Both the position numbers and the translations under genes were made by a program. The notes below the pieces were generated by a model that saw nothing but the letters and a program-made list of their open reading frames with translations, made no database searches and had not been told where the DNA came from. This document shows positions 62,400-64,000 of a stretch of 64,000 nt of DNA, piece after piece. This DNA comes from Chlorokybus atmophyticus (lineage: Eukaryota > Plantae > Mesostigma and Chlorokybus algae): contig RHPI01003642.1 in NCBI GenBank assembly GCA_009103225.1, forward strand, positions 455,116 through 519,115, written 5' to 3'. Position 1 is the first letter of the stretch, and each line of letters begins with the position of its first letter.

Positions 62400-63197
62400 G
62401 TATTGCATGCGCCGCTTGGCGACTGTTGGCTGGCGGCAGTAATTGCCGATGGACAGTCGGAGATTGTCACTTTGATAGGCCCATAGGCTGCCCATGCAAC
62501 TGTAGCATTCATAGGCTGTACCAGTTACATGGACGGTGGTAAACTACATACCAATAGCCGCGAACTCGGCGGTTGTCAATACGCCAGTACAATTGTTAGG
62601 GGCTGTCATTGTGACAATGCTTAGCGATAGTAGCCAAATTGCGACTGTCAATGCAGCCAGTGTACCTTATCGGGCTGTCGATGATTCTGTGGTCGCATGA
62701 GGCTTTTCTAGGCCATTACTGAGGTTATACAAGTAAGGCTATAAGTCATAACATCTGACATTGCTTTCGTTTCATATAAATCATTAAATTAAACATACTA
62801 TAAACTACGCTTAATAATGCAACATACGAACAGCATCAACATATGTATTCATGGTATGATATTAACGGTTGTGAACATTATGATAATGTGATGACTAACA
62901 AACTATATATTATGTAATAAACACGCGCTACGCATGGATGTAAATTCGATATTAGTATTTACACTAATTTTATTATAGATAATTATGATACTTTTTACAT
63001 TCATGTTGTTATACATTACTTCAGACGTATGCAATTTTGCATATGAAAGGTCTAAATGCACATGTGTATGCGCATTAATATACTTACAACGATGTATGTA
63101 CATGAAATTATAGATATGAAGTAATTGCACGACTGCAAAATGCGGCTGCAACACGTCGACAATTTTTGCTTGTAAATGCCTTAAGCCTAAACACATG

Positions 63198-63240
<43 letters not shown>

Positions 63241-63480
63241 ATGTATATATATGCATATATACATATATATATATATATGTGTATATATACACATATATTT
63301 ATATGTATACACATATCCATATATACATATATAGACCACAAGTGGACAGCCGCAACTGGTCGGCGGCTGTCAAGTGAAATTGTACATGGACAGCCGGCTG
63401 TCAATACATACATTGACAGCCGCCGACCATTTGCGACTGTCCACTTTATGGTAAGTGGCGACAGTCGGTGCGGCCTGTCA
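62400..63480. repeat. Putative non-autonomous fold-back element: GACAG(C/T)CG-type repeats on both sides of an AT-rich core with a (CA)/(TA) microsatellite (63196-63332)
   Basis: Shared motifs at 62420-62690 and 63342-63475; 32-bp inverted arms at 63342-63373 and 63413-63444. Exact termini and TSD not found. Confidence 0.5.
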
Positions 63481-63589
63481 TTTTTATGATACACACTATG
63501 TACACTGTACCTATGTACAATCATACTTGTACTAACAATACTTTAGTCATGGTACACGTGTAGCGCGCCTTGCAGGGGCCGCTAACCAG

Positions 63590-63940
63590 CAACATTGCTG
63601 GTCCATGCCGCCCCATACATGGTGCGGCACGGAAATGTACGGTTCGCGGCTGCCGGGCCGCTGAGCCGCGGGCCCGCTCCTGGTCCGCATCCTGGAACCA
63701 GCGTAGAGTAATGGTCCGTGCCGCACCATACAAGGTGCGGCACGGACCATGTGTGGTGCGCGACTGCGCGCCAGATATTGGGGCCCCAAAATAACCATGG
63801 ACGGTCCGTCCCTCGCGGACCAGACACTCGTGGTCCGCGGGGACGGACCATGGGGTCCGTGGAAGGACCATGCATGGCCCTTGAACGTCAGCCGTGTGTA
63901 TCAGTTCGAGAGATGCCTCGTGGTCCATCCGTAAGTGCAC
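63590..63940. repeat. Second GGACCAT/ATGGTCC palindromic array
   Basis: Perfect 17-bp stem at 63711-63750; 9-bp stem cgcggacca..tggtccgcg at ~63813-63839. Confidence 0.8.
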
Positions 63941-64000
63941 CTCGTCGTGGAGGTCGGCACCAGTTGTCCACATTGTCCAGTGTTCAACCAGGCAACCGTC

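Noticed and set aside
16152-64000. Endogenous giant virus or Polinton as the source of the MTase, OTU and Ulp1 genes
   Set aside because: No capsid, packaging ATPase or PolB seen; the genes have spliceosomal introns and lie beside DDE transposases, within TIRs and a TSD for E1.

Overview
Eukaryotic, intron-rich DNA, most likely from a green-lineage alga or basal streptophyte (inference from a plant-specific SCL SR protein, TTTAGGG-type telo-boxes and ~70-100 nt introns). Bases 1-15.3 kb are a compact host gene block: 3' end of INTS5, DUS1, an SF1-type KH-QUA2 plus 2xKH protein head-to-head with an SCL splicing factor, and a CRAL-TRIO protein. Bases 16.15-64 kb are a nested transposon island. 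A Helitron is split by a 23.6-kb EnSpm/CACTA-type element (E1, 18704-42277, CG TSD, long imperfect TIRs), which itself holds a complete Copia (GAACC TSD). A second element (E2) begins at 46735 with the same terminal motif, and the DNA behind it encodes a Plavaka transposase. Further right are a Harbinger (TAA TSD) inserted in a tRNA-like sequence and several fold-back arrays. Main finding: E1 and the Plavaka region each carry homologous but strongly diverged cargo, namely a Cys/His-domain-Tudor-C5 DNA methyltransferase with a bacterial/phage-like catalytic domain and an OTU-family peptidase. Each also has a further ubiquitin/SUMO or chromatin module: an NSD-type PHD-C5HCH plus Ulp1 apparently spliced onto the EnSpm transposase in E1, and a RING-like protein in the Plavaka region. 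This looks like a chromatin-modifying cassette carried by large DNA transposons. Most TE genes here carry stops or frameshifts. All family assignments are by-eye motif recognition; no searches were run.
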